The notes beneath the pieces were generated by a model. That model was not told where the DNA came from, ran no database searches, and saw nothing but the letters and a program-made list of their open reading frames with translations. Made by a program: the position numbers and the translations under genes. From NCBI RefSeq assembly GCF_988242995.1, contig NZ_OZ547043.1: DNA of 64,000 nt; one strand, 5' to 3'. This document shows, piece by piece, positions 14,626-33,584 of this stretch (within the stretch, counting starts at the first letter, position 1; every line of letters starts with the position of its first letter).

Positions 14626-15270
14626 TCAAAATCCAAGACTATCCAACAAATCGTCCACCTGATCCTGACTGGCTACCACACCGGCTTTGCTGGTATCGAC
14701 CTGAGGTCCATTAAGCAAACTCTGGTTTTCACGTTTTGGACGCGACTCCTGTTCCGGGATGTTTTCCAACAGCACCATCAGCAACTGGCGTTCGATCTCC
14801 TGAATGACATCCATCATCCGCTTAATGACCTGCCCGGTGAGATCCTGAAAATCCTGCGCCATCATGATTTCCAGCAGTTGCGCGTTAGTAAAGCTGGTAT
14901 GCGCGGGTACATCTGCCAGAAATTGTCGTGTATCTGTTACCAGTTCACGGGCGTCGGCAAGGTCAATCGGATCGGCAAACCAGTCATCCCAACGTTGGGT
15001 TAACGCTTTTGCTGATTTCTCCATTTGATCCTGATGCGGTTGTGACGCCTCAACACTGTTCAGCGCCCGCTCCGCAGCCTGGGCGGTCATCTGCACAACA
15101 TAGTACAAACGATCGCGCGCATCGGGGATGGCTTCCGCCGCTTCGGCAATGGCCTGATCCAGCCCCAGTTCCCGCAAACTGTCGCGCAGCATACGCGTCA
15201 GGCTGCCGATGCGCGCAATGATATCGCCAGCTGAATGCTCGTCAGCAGGTTTGATTGATGGTTGCATCAT
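14626..15270 (-). CDS. cheZ: CheY-P phosphatase CheZ (214 aa)
   Basis: ORF track 14626..15300; start set at MMQPSIKPA. Confidence 0.93.
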
Positions 15271-15280
15271 AGTCGCATCC

Positions 15281-16734
<1,454 letters not shown>

Positions 16735-16736
16735 CG

Positions 16737-17597
16737 TTAATCCTTACTTAGCGCATACACCGTCTGACCACGCAGCGTGAAGCGGCGCTCAAGGTGGCTA
16801 AAGTTTTCAGAGTGACCCGCAAACAGCAATCCGTCGGGTTTAAGGAGCGGAACAAAGCGGCGCAAAATCTCCTGCTGGGTATTTTGATCGAAGTAGATCA
16901 TGACGTTACGACAGAAGATCGCATCAAACGGCCCCGGCACGGTGTACTGTTTCGCCAGTAGATTCAGCGGGGCAAAATCAACATAGTTCGCCAGCTCCTG
17001 ACGCACGCGTACCAGCCCTTCATGCGGTCCCGTCCCTCGCATGAAATACCGTTGCAGTTGCTGCGGCGTCAGGTTTTTCAACTCTTCATGGCGATAAATA
17101 CCGCTTCTGGCTTTTTCCAGCACTTTGGTGTCGATATCACTGGCAAACACTTTCCAGCGTCCGGGCGCGGTGCCCAATGTGTCAGCCAGCGTCATCGCAA
17201 TGCTGTACGGCTCTTCGCCGGTCGAAGCCGCCGCGCTCCATACGCGATACTCGCCAGAACGGCGACGTGCGTGATCCGCGAGCAGAGGGAAATGGTGTGC
17301 CTCACGGAAAAATGCCGTCAGATTCGTGGTCAGCGAATTGATAAACGCCTGCCACTCACCGCTGTGCTGATTAGATTCCAGCAAGTTCAGATAATGACCG
17401 AAATCCGTCAGTCCCAGCGAACGCAAACGACGAACCAGTCGGTTGTAAACCATGTCGCGTTTATGGTCAGCCAGAACGATCCCGGCTCGTTGATAGATCA
17501 ATTGACTTATCCGCCGAAAATGCGCGTCGGAAAGCGCCAGGCGCTCGGTCATCTGTAACAATAAAGACGTTTGCCCACAGGGCAGAGATGAAGTCAT
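16737..17597 (-). CDS. cheR: chemoreceptor methyltransferase CheR (286 aa)
   Basis: ORF track; protein recalled as CheR. Confidence 0.96.
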
Positions 17598-17615
17598 AGC
17601 GCCTTCTCAATCACT

Positions 17616-19217
17616 TCAGGATACCACTGGCGCAATTTGTAACTGCACCGACTCATGTCGTGCTACTTCATATTCTTCAAGGGTAAATACCGCCACACGC
17701 GACGAAAGATGGTCGGCCTGATTCGCCAGTTGTTCCGTTGCCACCGCCGCTTCTTCTACCAGCGAGGCGTTCTGCTGAGTCACCTGATCCATCTGGCTGA
17801 CAGCCTGTGCAACCTGCTCAATCCCCCGCTGTTGTTCTTCCGACGCAGAGGCAATTTCTCCCATAATGTCGTTCACGCGGGTCACCGAACTGACAATATC
17901 GATCATGGTCGCGGCGGCGTTATTCACCAGTTTCGAACCCTGCTGGACACGATTGACTGACTCTTCGATCAGCCCTTTGATCTCTTTTGCTGCCTGCGCG
18001 CTACGGCTGGCAAGATTGCGCACTTCACCTGCCACTACCGCAAAACCACGCCCCTGCTCTCCGGCGCGAGCCGCTTCCACTGCCGCATTCAGGGCCAGAA
18101 TATTGGTCTGGAAAGCAATTCCGTCGATAACGCTGATAATGTCGCCAATTTTTTGCGAGCTGGTGGCGATCTCCTGCATGGTGTGAGTCATGGTACTGAC
18201 CTGAACACCGCCCGCCTGCGCCGTTGTCGCGGCATTTTTTGCCAGTTCCGACGCCTGTCGTGCGTTATCGGCGTTTTGCCCTACCGTGGCGGTTAATTGC
18301 TCCATACTGGCGGCCGTTTGTGCCAGCGATGCCGCCTGCTGTTCGGTACGACTTGAGAGATCGTTATTGCCTGCGACAATCTCCGCGATACCAATGTGCA
18401 TCTCCTGGCTTCCCTTACGCACATCACTTACCGTCCCACGCAAAGCCTGCTGCATGGTCTTCAGACTGGCAAAAATGGCGGTGATCTCATTACGACCATA
18501 TACCGCAATCGGACGCGCCAGATTACCCGCAGCAATGCTGTCAAAATGGCTACCGATAATGGCCAGTGGTTGAACAATCATCTTGCGCGTCCACCACAGC
18601 GCACTGCTGATGTAGATCGCCGCAACAATAATCATGCTGATAAACACCAGTGCCGAAATCTGATAGTTACGCTGGCTTTGCGCACTGGCGGCTTCCAGCA
18701 CATGGTTGATCTCCAGCTGCCAGGCCTCAAAGTTAACGTCAAACGCATTCTGTGATCCCTGCACCGGCGCAGTGAGGAAATCCGAAAGTTGATTACTTTC
18801 AAGCCAGGTCGCCTGATGTTCGAGATCGTTGTGCCAGCGGGCAAAACTTTTCTCCGTCTCTTTTTGCAATGCCCTGACGTGCTCGTTGCCCGCAGTCATC
18901 GCCATAAAACTTTTAAACAGCGTGGTGGATTGCGTCAGACTGGCGCGCGCCGTCGTCATCAACGTTTTAATGTCATCCGCCGGATAGCTAAGTGCCGTCA
19001 GAGTGCCCGCTTTGTTCAGCGCGGTACTGGCCTGTAACATTACCGCCCGAGTTTGCGCTAATGCCGCACGTTGCTGATTGCTCTGCTCGACCTGATTCAG
19101 TCGTTGCAAATCGTCGCGAAATGCCCAAAAAGACATGCCGTTACTGCCAATCTGCAAGATCCCGCAGAGAATCAAAATTAAAAACAGCGTGGTCGAAATT
19201 CGAATACGATTAAACAT
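17616..19217 (-). CDS. tap: methyl-accepting chemotaxis protein IV Tap (dipeptide/pyrimidine sensor, 533 aa)
   Basis: ORF track; MCP signalling domain highly similar to adjacent tar; start at MFNRIRIS. Confidence 0.93.
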   Translation of the reverse strand: MFNRIRISTTLFLILILCGILQIGSNGMSFWAFRDDLQRLNQVEQSNQQRAALAQTRAVMLQASTALNKAGTLTALSYPADDIKTLMTTARASLTQSTTLFKSFMAMTAGNEHVRALQKETEKSFARWHNDLEHQATWLESNQLSDFLTAPVQGSQNAFDVNFEAWQLEINHVLEAASAQSQRNYQISALVFISMIIVAAIYISSALWWTRKMIVQPLAIIGSHFDSIAAGNLARPIAVYGRNEITAIFASLKTMQQALRGTVSDVRKGSQEMHIGIAEIVAGNNDLSSRTEQQAASLAQTAASMEQLTATVGQNADNARQASELAKNAATTAQAGGVQVSTMTHTMQEIATSSQKIGDIISVIDGIAFQTNILALNAAVEAARAGEQGRGFAVVAGEVRNLASRSAQAAKEIKGLIEESVNRVQQGSKLVNNAAATMIDIVSSVTRVNDIMGEIASASEEQQRGIEQVAQAVSQMDQVTQQNASLVEEAAVATEQLANQADHLSSRVAVFTLEEYEVARHESVQLQIAPVVS

Positions 19218-19262
19218 CAACGCTCCCCATCAGGCGGCAATGACCGCGTTAGTAAATACTCG

Positions 19263-20924
19263 TCAAAATGTTTCCCAGTTTGGATCTTGTTCAGCAATTC
19301 GCAGTCGTGGCTGTGCCGGTGGTTGCTCACTGGCAGGACGGGATGGTGTTTGCGGTTTATTGGTGAGTGGGCTGGCTGCCAGACGGAACGCGGAAACCGC
19401 TTGCGTTAAACGACTCGCCTGTTCTTCCAGCGCAGCGGCGGCGGCAGCTGATTCCTGCACCAGCGATGCGTTCTGTTGCGTGACGCGATCCATTTCCGAA
19501 ACCGCCAATGCGACTTGATCGATGCCACGGCTCTGTTCATCCGATGCCGATGCAATCTCGCCCATAATGTCAGTCACGCGAGTGACAGCATTGACGATAT
19601 TGTTCATTGTTTCCCCGGCGCTTTCGACCAGCACCGAACCGGTATCAACGCGTGAGACGGAGTCTTCAATGAGGGCTTTGATCTCTTTTGCCGCCTGGGC
19701 GCTGCGACTGGCAAGATTACGCACTTCACCCGCCACCACGGCAAAACCACGGCCCTGTTCACCCGCACGCGCGGCTTCAACCGCGGCATTCAGCGCGAGG
19801 ATATTAGTCTGGAAGGCAATACCGTCGATAACGCTGATAATGTCGGCAATTTTCTTCGAACTATCGGCGATCTCATGCATCGTTTTCACTACGCCATCCA
19901 CCACTTTGCCGCCGTGCTGGGCGGTGTCGGAGGCACTTTGCGCCAGTTGCGAGGCCTGGCGGGCGTTATCGGCGTTTTGCTTCACTGTCGCGGTGAGCTG
20001 CTCCATGCTGGCGGCAGTTTCTTCCAGCGCGGATGCCTGCTGTTCAGTACGGGAGGAAAGATCGGTGTTGCCCGCCGCAATTTCACGGGTACCGGCATAG
20101 ATGGCATCTGAACCTTCGCGGACATGAGTGACGGTGTCAGTCAAAGAGCGTTGCATATGTGAAACGCTCTGCGCCAGGTCGCCCATTTCACTGCGCCCGT
20201 CAATGGTCAGGGTATTCGCCAGGTTACCACCGGCGATTTCGCGAATGTGAGCAATAATTTTTGCCAGCGGAGTAAGCAACATACGGCGAATGCCGTACCA
20301 CGCCACCAGCAGAATCAATACCACCACCAGCGCGATAACCGCCAGTTGCCACTGGGCAAATCGGTAATCATCTGCGTTGTCAGTGACGATATCGCGATAC
20401 AGTTTTTCACTGCTGAGGGCGTACTGAGCAAACGCTTCGCCCATTGCATTTTGCATTCCCTGGGTTGGCTGAGCGAAATAAGCTCCAGTATTGCCATAAT
20501 CTAGATAATCAATCAGTTCAGTTAACGCTGTGTAATAGTTTTTATATTTTTCATCAATATTACGACTGGTAGCGACCATTTCAGGTAACGGTGCCATGCT
20601 TTTGAATTTTTTATAATGCGTCGCTGCCTGCGCCAATGTTTTCCTGGCGCTATCGAGCAATTCAACTTTGGCGTTACTTTGTTGATTGGAGGAATCCATC
20701 ATCATCCGTACCGCTGAACGACTCAGGTTAATGCGCGTTTGCAGCATTAAATCCCAGGTTGACGTCAGCTCGCCCTGCTGTTCCCGTAATTGATTGGAAA
20801 CCACAAAGCTCTTCTGGCTATGGTGAAGGGAAGAAAAAAACAGACTGCCGGAAATAAGCTGTAACAGTGCGAATACCCCCAGCACCATTACCAACAGCGT
20901 GACTACGCGGATACGGTTAATCAT
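19263..20924 (-). CDS. tar: methyl-accepting chemotaxis protein II Tar (aspartate/maltose sensor, 553 aa)
   Basis: ORF track 19263..20945; start set at MINRIRVV; C-terminal NWETF pentapeptide present. Confidence 0.94.
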   Translation of the reverse strand: MINRIRVVTLLVMVLGVFALLQLISGSLFFSSLHHSQKSFVVSNQLREQQGELTSTWDLMLQTRINLSRSAVRMMMDSSNQQSNAKVELLDSARKTLAQAATHYKKFKSMAPLPEMVATSRNIDEKYKNYYTALTELIDYLDYGNTGAYFAQPTQGMQNAMGEAFAQYALSSEKLYRDIVTDNADDYRFAQWQLAVIALVVVLILLVAWYGIRRMLLTPLAKIIAHIREIAGGNLANTLTIDGRSEMGDLAQSVSHMQRSLTDTVTHVREGSDAIYAGTREIAAGNTDLSSRTEQQASALEETAASMEQLTATVKQNADNARQASQLAQSASDTAQHGGKVVDGVVKTMHEIADSSKKIADIISVIDGIAFQTNILALNAAVEAARAGEQGRGFAVVAGEVRNLASRSAQAAKEIKALIEDSVSRVDTGSVLVESAGETMNNIVNAVTRVTDIMGEIASASDEQSRGIDQVALAVSEMDRVTQQNASLVQESAAAAAALEEQASRLTQAVSAFRLAASPLTNKPQTPSRPASEQPPAQPRLRIAEQDPNWETF

Positions 20925-20955
20925 AAGGCACCTTCCTGAAAACAAGTTGATCTCG

Positions 20956-20982
20956 TTATCGGCAAGGAGGGGGGAAACTTTA
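20956..20982 (-). promoter_or_regulatory. sigma28 (FliA) class 3 promoter of the tar-tap-cheRBYZ operon
   Basis: minus strand TAAAGTTT-N11-GCCGATAA, exact consensus halves, about 25-30 nt upstream of tar start. Confidence 0.8.
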
Positions 20983-21012
20983 TTGCTGATGCCACCCGCC
21001 GCGAAATTGAAA

Positions 21013-21040
21013 TAAAAAACCCGATGCGCAGATCATCGGG
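21013..21040 (-). terminator. rho-independent terminator after cheW (end of motAB-cheAW operon)
   Basis: minus-strand stem cccgatg/catcggg followed by U-tract. Confidence 0.8.
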
Positions 21041-21068
21041 TTCATTTCAATTGAGGAAATCGGGAGAA

Positions 21069-21572
21069 TTACGCCACTTCTGACGCCGCGCTATCTAACA
21101 GCGCCATCTCTTCGCTGTTCAGCAGTTTTTCGATGTTCACCAGAATCAACATCCGGTCGCCCAGTGCGCCCAGTCCAGTGAGATATTCTGTTGAAAGCGT
21201 CACGGCAAATTCCGGTGCCGGACGAATTTGCTCCGCCGTCAATGAAAGCACGTCTGAGACGCCGTCAACCACGATGCCGACCACCCGCTGTCCGAGATTC
21301 AGGACGATAACTACCGTGTTGTCGTTATAGTCCACATCCACCTGGCTGAACTTAATTCGTAAGTCAACAATCGGCACAATAACGCCGCGCAGATTCGTGA
21401 CGCCTTTGATAAACGCTGGCGTGTTCGCAATCCGTGTTACCTGATCGTAGCCACGGATCTCCTGCACTTTCAGGATATCAATACCGTACTCTTCATCACC
21501 AAGGGTAAATACCAGAAATTCCTGGCCTGACGGCTCGCTGGCCAGCTTTGTTACATTCGTCATACCGGTCAT
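21069..21572 (-). CDS. cheW: chemotaxis coupling protein CheW (167 aa)
   Basis: ORF track; protein recalled as CheW. Confidence 0.96.
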
Positions 21573-21592
21573 ATTGTTACCTTTTTACTCAT

Positions 21593-24484
<2,892 letters not shown>

Positions 24485-24488
<4 letters not shown>

Positions 24489-25372
24489 GCTTCCTCGGTT
24501 GTCGTCTGTTGTTGCGGATTTTTCACCGCACGCACATGCTCTTCCAGTTCAATAAACGACGGACGTTCGCTGGAATAGAGCGTTTTGCGACCAAACTCAA
24601 CGGCGATAGGCGGTGCGTAACCGTTCAGATTAGAAAGCAGAGTGACTTTGACGCACTGCATCATTTTGCTGGTTTCGGCGCTTTTCTGACGTAAAACAGT
24701 CGCTAATGGGGAAATAAATCCGTAAGCCAATAAAATGCCGAGGAAAGTCCCCACCATCGCATGTGCGATAAGCGCACCCAGCTCGGCGGCAGGACGATCG
24801 GCTGAACCTAACGCGTGAACGACCCCCATTACAGCCGCAACAATACCAAACGCCGGAAGTGAGTCCCCGACCAGCGCCAGACTGTTCGCCGGGACTTCTG
24901 CCTCGCTTTCGTGCGTCTCAATCTCTTCATCCATCAGGGCTTCGATTTCGAAGGTGTTCATGTGACCGCTGATAATCAGGCGCAGATAATCGACGATAAA
25001 ATCAAGCATGACGCTATCCGCGAGGATGCGTGGGTAGCTGGCGAAGATCTCGCTCTCACGGGGATTTTCAATATCACGTTCCAGCGAAAACATCCCCATC
25101 TGCCGCGATTTTGCCATCAACCGATAAAGCAGAGCCAGCAGATCCATATACATTGCTTTGGTGTATTTGGAGCGACGAAACAGCAACGGCAGCGCCTTCA
25201 GCGTGCCTTTAATCGCTTTGCCATTATTGCCGACGATAAACGACCCAATCCCTGCACCGGCAATAATCACCAGTTCAGCGGGTTGATAGAGTGCTCCAAG
25301 GCTTCCACCGGTCATCAAATAACCGCCGAAAACTGTACCGAGAACAACCAGGTAACCTAATAAGATAAGCAC
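24485..25372 (-). CDS. motA: flagellar stator protein MotA (295 aa)
   Basis: ORF track; four TM segments. Confidence 0.96.
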
Positions 25373-25440
25373 GACATCATCCTTCCACTGTTGACCATGA
25401 CAGGATGTTCAGTCGTCAGGCGTTAACGCGCGATTGGGGC

Positions 25441-25535
25441 AAAAAAAAGCAGCGGTACGTCGTTACCGCTGCTGGAATGTTGCGCCTCACCGTATCAGTT
25501 AAACAGCCTGTACTCTCTGTTCATCCAGCAGTTGT
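25441..25535 (-). ncRNA. motR: MotR-like sigma28-dependent sRNA region (motA 5' leader ending at the flhC-proximal terminator)
   Basis: sigma28-like promoter inside flhC 3' end (25543-25568) followed about 95 nt downstream by intrinsic terminator (stem gcagcggtaacgacgtaccgctgc plus U8, 25441-25472); fits published MotR description; ends approximate. Confidence 0.45.
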
Positions 25536-26077
25536 GGGATAATATCGGCAGGATTCTGGGAAAGTTTACGTCTTTTTACTGCCCTGGATGGCGGTTGACA
25601 TAAGCTGCAGGCAAAGCTGCCAACAGGCTGGTGAGCGTGGGTAATAAAATTCCCGCCGCAGCAGTTGCAGCTGGAAAGTTGCAGTAATCCACTTTCAACA
25701 AACCGCACCAATGTCCAGGCACGAGTTAATGCCAGCAGTGGTCCTTCTTCTGCTTGTGGGCACTGTTCAAGGTATAAACGGTAGGCTTTGATCACCGCAT
25801 CGACGCCATTACACAAACCGGTTTTCAGTAAAAACTGCCATGCATTACAGAACATCGAAGCATGAACGTTTTGTTCCCAGGTCATAAACCAGTCGGTTGA
25901 GAATGGCAGCATGCCTTTCGGCGGTGGGCTTCCGCGCAGTTCTTTATAAAGTTTTATCAGGCGTCCGCGACTTAACTGTGTTTCGCTTTCCAGCATCTGC
26001 AAACGAGCGCCCAGGGTGATCAATTCCATTGCCAGCTGAATATCCCGCGCTTCCTGAACAATGCTTTTTTCACTCAT
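25499..26077 (-). CDS. flhC: flagellar master regulator subunit FlhC (192 aa)
   Basis: ORF track; C-terminal Cys cluster (CNCCGG...CSLCQPP). Confidence 0.96.
25543..25568 (-). promoter_or_regulatory. sigma28-type promoter within flhC coding sequence (motA/MotR promoter)
   Basis: minus strand TAAACTTT-N11-GCCGATAT, one mismatch in each half versus TAAAGTTT-N11-GCCGATAA. Confidence 0.6.
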
Positions 26078-26079
26078 GA

Positions 26080-26430
26080 TCAGGCCCTTTTCTTGCGCAG
26101 CGCTTCTTCAGGCTGATTAACATCATTCAGCAAGCGTGTTGAGAGCATGATGCCGGTATGAATTTGCTGGAGATCGTCAACGCGGGAATCTTGCGTCAAC
26201 TGAGTAATCGTCTGGTGGCTGTCAAAACGGAAGTGACAAACCAGCTGATTGGTTTCTGCCAGCTTAACCATTTGCGGAAGAGTCAGTGCCGCTAATGTTG
26301 TCGCCATTTCTTCATTTATGCCGAGACGAAACATAGCGGACGCTTTGTCCTGAACAATCAGACGCTGTGCAAGTAGTAAATATGACAAGTTGATGTCATA
26401 AATGTGTTTCAGCAACTCGGAGGTATGCAT
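26080..26430 (-). CDS. flhD: flagellar master regulator subunit FlhD (116 aa)
   Basis: ORF track 26080..26439; start set at [11 protein letters not shown]. Confidence 0.95.
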
Positions 26431-26690
26431 TATTCCCACCCAGAATAACCAACTTTATTTTTATGCGGTTTCACCGCACCCTGTGATGTCGCCGGGAAGC
26501 CCCGGTAAAAATAATTAGCATTAGAATAGTTGCGATAAGCTGCAATAAGCAGAGCCACCTTTTTGGTTTAATAAGTCCTTACAAATAGAAGGGGGTCTTT
26601 ACACTTATCTAAGATTTTTCCTAAATCGACGCAACTGTACTCGTCACTACACGCACATACAACGGAGGGGGGCTGCGATTTTCAATAATG

Positions 26691-26706
26691 TGTGATGCAG
26701 ATCACA
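26691..26706. promoter_or_regulatory. CRP binding site of the flhDC promoter
   Basis: TGTGAtgcagaTCACA palindrome centred about 70 bp upstream of the position expected for the flhDC transcription start (about 200 nt upstream of flhD ATG). Confidence 0.75.
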
Positions 26707-27208
26707 CAAAACACTCAATTACTTAACATAAATGTATAAGTCATACTTTTGTTTTGGGTGTATTTCAATCTGTTAAAAAGTTTTTCGCTACGCTAGCAAG
26801 CAAAAATGAAACAGGAATAATCGAAATGGGATGTTGCGCACAGTTAAAATAACTCACCGTAAATAATCATCTGCTATAAATAATCACTTTCATGCAATAC
26901 CAGATAAGCTATTTTTAAACAGACACTTACCGCACAACAAACTAATTAAATACAAAGAAAGGCAACAATCAACATAATGTTAATGAAATGTTTTACATAT
27001 ATTAACCACTTGTTTAATGCGGAGAATCAGTACACTATTTTCTTATAATTACATTTGAAATTATATGATCACCGGGAGTGATTGATTAATTGTCTTTACT
27101 AATAATCAGACTAATATTTACCTGTTTGACCGAGTTGGGATTGCGTCGTTTCTCCATTAGGAGTAAAGCTTTAATGTCACCTGAAGTTCACAGAATAAGG
27201 AACAGGTT

Positions 27209-27637
27209 ATGAGCTATAGCAATATTCTTGTCGCTGTTGCGGTTACACCGGAAAGTCAGCAACTGCTGGCAAAAGCGGTATCTATCGCCAGGCCAGTAAA
27301 GGGACACATCAGTTTAATTACTCTCGCTTCCGACCCGGAAATGTACAATCAATTAGCCGCGCCGATGCTTGAAGATTTACGCAGCGTGATGCAAGAAGAA
27401 ACGCAAAGCTTTCTTGATAAGTTAATTCAGGATGCGGGGTATCCCGTTGACAAGACGTTTATTGCCTACGGTGAGTTAAGCGAACATATTCTGGAAGTAT
27501 GTCACAAACATCATTTCGATTTGGTGATTTGCGGTAATCACAATCACAGTTTCTTTTCGCGAGCATCCTGCTCGGCGAAAAGAGTGATTGCCTCAAGTGA
27601 GGTCGATGTGCTGTTAGTTCCACTTACGGGTGATTAA
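27209..27637 (+). CDS. uspC: universal stress protein UspC (YecG, 142 aa)
   Basis: ORF track; Usp-family fold signature. Confidence 0.92.
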   Translation: MSYSNILVAVAVTPESQQLLAKAVSIARPVKGHISLITLASDPEMYNQLAAPMLEDLRSVMQEETQSFLDKLIQDAGYPVDKTFIAYGELSEHILEVCHKHHFDLVICGNHNHSFFSRASCSAKRVIASSEVDVLLVPLTGD

Positions 27638-27643
27638 CCGCTC

Positions 27644-30996
<3,353 letters not shown>

Positions 30997-31010
30997 CATA
31001 CTCTCCTTAC

Positions 31011-32525
31011 TCAGGCAACAGCCTGGCTGACTTTAGGCATCGCAAGGCTCAGTGCCTGACGCTCATCTGCCTGCTCGTGTAACAATTCACCGGCGATTTC
31101 ACCTTCCCGCATCACCACAATCCGGTCGGCAACGCCGAGGACTTCAGGTAAGTCGCTGGAGGCAAACAGCACCGCCACGCCCTGCGCCGCCAGCGCATAA
31201 ATTACGTTATATATTTCGTGCTTAGCGCCAACATCAATGCCGCGCGTAGGTTCATCCAGCAAAATGACCTTCATCTCTTCCGATAACCAGCGGCCCAGAA
31301 TGGCTTTTTGCTGATTTCCGCCTGAGAGATTCATGATCAGTTGCTCCGCGCCCGGCGTTTTGATGTTGAGCGAACGAATGTGGTGATCGGCATTGTTTTC
31401 TTCCCAACCGTTGTTGATTACACAACCGCCGAGCACATGTTTACGTCTGGCACTGATGTTGATATTGTCGCGAACGGAGTGCACGGGAATAATGCCTTCC
31501 GCTTTGCGATCTTCCGGGCAGAGCATCATGCCTGCGGCAATGGCGTGGCTCGGTTTACGAATATCGATCGGCTGTTGGTCGATATAAACCTGACCGGCGG
31601 TGATTTGCGTCCCGCCAAACATGCCTTTCATTAATTCGCTACGCCCCGCCCCTACCAGACCAAACAGCCCAACAATTTCACCACTGCGAACCGCCAGACT
31701 TATTGGCGTACGCACGCCTGGTGCTTTCACAGCATCAAGACGTAGGCGCTCCTCGCCATAACTACGCGGTTGCCAGCCGTAGATATCGCCAATGTCGCGC
31801 CCGACCATCGCCTGCACCAGCGCGTCGTGGTCAACCTGCTGCATATCGGTAAAGGTTTTGACATAACGTCCATCTTTAAAGACAGTAATGGCATCGCTGA
31901 GGGCAAATATTTCTTCCATACGGTGAGAAACGTATAAGATCACCCGCCCCTCTTTTCGCAGTTCACGAATAACGCGGAAAAGATTGTCGATTTCACGGGC
32001 AGAGAGGGAGCTGGTTGGCTCATCAAAGGCGATAATTTTGGCGTTACGCGCCAGCGCTTTGGCGATTTCAACCATCTGCCACTGACCAATGGAGAGATAT
32101 TTCAGCGGCGTGTCCGGGTCAATATCCATACCAAGATGTTTAAGTTGTAAACCCGCCTCATAATTCAGCAATGAGCGATTCACAATGCCGCCTTTATGCG
32201 GCAGCTGGCCGAGATAGATGTTTTCCGCGACGGTCATTTCCGGCACGAGATGCAGTTCCTGGTAAATAATCGCCACGCCCGCGTTAAGTGCTGCGGTCGT
32301 GTCGGAAAAGGACATTTCCTGCCCATTAATCACTACAGAACCCGTGGTTGGCGCATAGTTGCCGCTGAGGATTTTTAAGAGAGTTGATTTTCCTGCGCCA
32401 TTTTCACCCATCAACGCATGAACCTGACCGGCATAGCAGTCAAAACTAATATCCGTCAGCGCCTTAACGCCGGGAAACGTTTTACCGATGCCGCGAAATG
32501 AGAGATACGGGGTAGACTGTTGCAT
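31011..32525 (-). CDS. araG: L-arabinose ABC transporter ATP-binding protein AraG (504 aa, duplicated ABC domains)
   Basis: ORF track 31011..32570; two Walker A motifs ([18 protein letters not shown]); start set at [10 protein letters not shown]. Confidence 0.94.
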
Positions 32526-32594
32526 AACGTCTCCGTGAATCACTGGTCGTTCACACCCCCTCTGCATCATGCAGAGGGGAATTTTTCCGGCAAA

Positions 32595-33584
32595 TTACTT
32601 ACCGCCTAAACCTTTTTTCTCCAGTTCTTCTTTAAAGTTGTCACGCGTGATCAGTACCACGTCGGTAACTTCGGTAAATTTTGGCGGTTCAACGTCTTTT
32701 GCTACCCAGTTGTAAAGCATTTCGCTGGATTTATAGCCATGTACGTCCGGGCTTGGCAGCAGGGAACCGTAGAAGCCGGTTGCCTGTGCTTTAGACAGTT
32801 CGCTCACCGCATCCACACCGTTAATGCCAATGCCGATGATATCGGCCGCTTTAAAGCCCTGACCTTCCGTCGCGCGTACGCCGCCCAGCACGGTGCTGTC
32901 GTTCATACCGACGATCAGCCAATGTTTAACTTCCGGATGTTGAACCAGCATTGAGTTGGCAGCGTCAAATGCCCCCGGGATGTCGTTAGATTTGGTAGGT
33001 ACCTGATAAATTTGTTTTTCCGGGAATCCGGCCGCTTTCAGCGCATCCATAGATCCCGTAGTACGGCGGCGGGCGGTATCCAGTTCGTTGGCGGTAATCG
33101 CCATCACCGCGCTTTCTTTGACATCCCAGCCACGTTTCTGCATCTCTTTATACAGTTCCTGGCCCTGACGTTCGCCAATTTTAGTCGCCGCCATCATCAC
33201 CAGCGGAACGGTATCCATTGGCTTACCTTTGGCGTTAACAAACTGGTCATCCACGGCAATGACTTTCATATCGTAGCCACGCGCTTTCGCGACGATGGCA
33301 GAGCCGAGTTTGGGGTCCGGAGTACAAATAACGAAACCTTTTGCGCCACTGGCAGCCAGGCTGTCGATCGCGTTCAATGTTTTTTCGCCATCCGGCACGG
33401 CAATCTTAATAACCTCAAACCCTAAATCCTTCCCGGCTTTATCGGCAAACTTCCATTCGGTCTGGAACCACGGCTCTTCCGGTTGCTTCACCAGAAAACC
33501 GAGCTTCAGGTTCTCCGCCATAGCGGATTGTGACATAACGGCTGCCAGACCAATGGCTGCCAGGGCTTTAGTAAATTTGTGCAT
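32595..33584 (-). CDS. araF: L-arabinose periplasmic binding protein AraF (329 aa)
   Basis: ORF track 32595..33635; start set at MHKFTKALAAIGLAAVMSQSAMA signal peptide. Confidence 0.94.
   Translation of the reverse strand: MHKFTKALAAIGLAAVMSQSAMAENLKLGFLVKQPEEPWFQTEWKFADKAGKDLGFEVIKIAVPDGEKTLNAIDSLAASGAKGFVICTPDPKLGSAIVAKARGYDMKVIAVDDQFVNAKGKPMDTVPLVMMAATKIGERQGQELYKEMQKRGWDVKESAVMAITANELDTARRRTTGSMDALKAAGFPEKQIYQVPTKSNDIPGAFDAANSMLVQHPEVKHWLIVGMNDSTVLGGVRATEGQGFKAADIIGIGINGVDAVSELSKAQATGFYGSLLPSPDVHGYKSSEMLYNWVAKDVEPPKFTEVTDVVLITRDNFKEELEKKGLGGK

Noticed and set aside
17022-20100. Plus-strand ORFs of 100-190 aa inside cheR, tap and tar
   Set aside because: Antisense to intact chemotaxis genes; the similar ORFs in tap and tar simply reflect the paralogous repeat.
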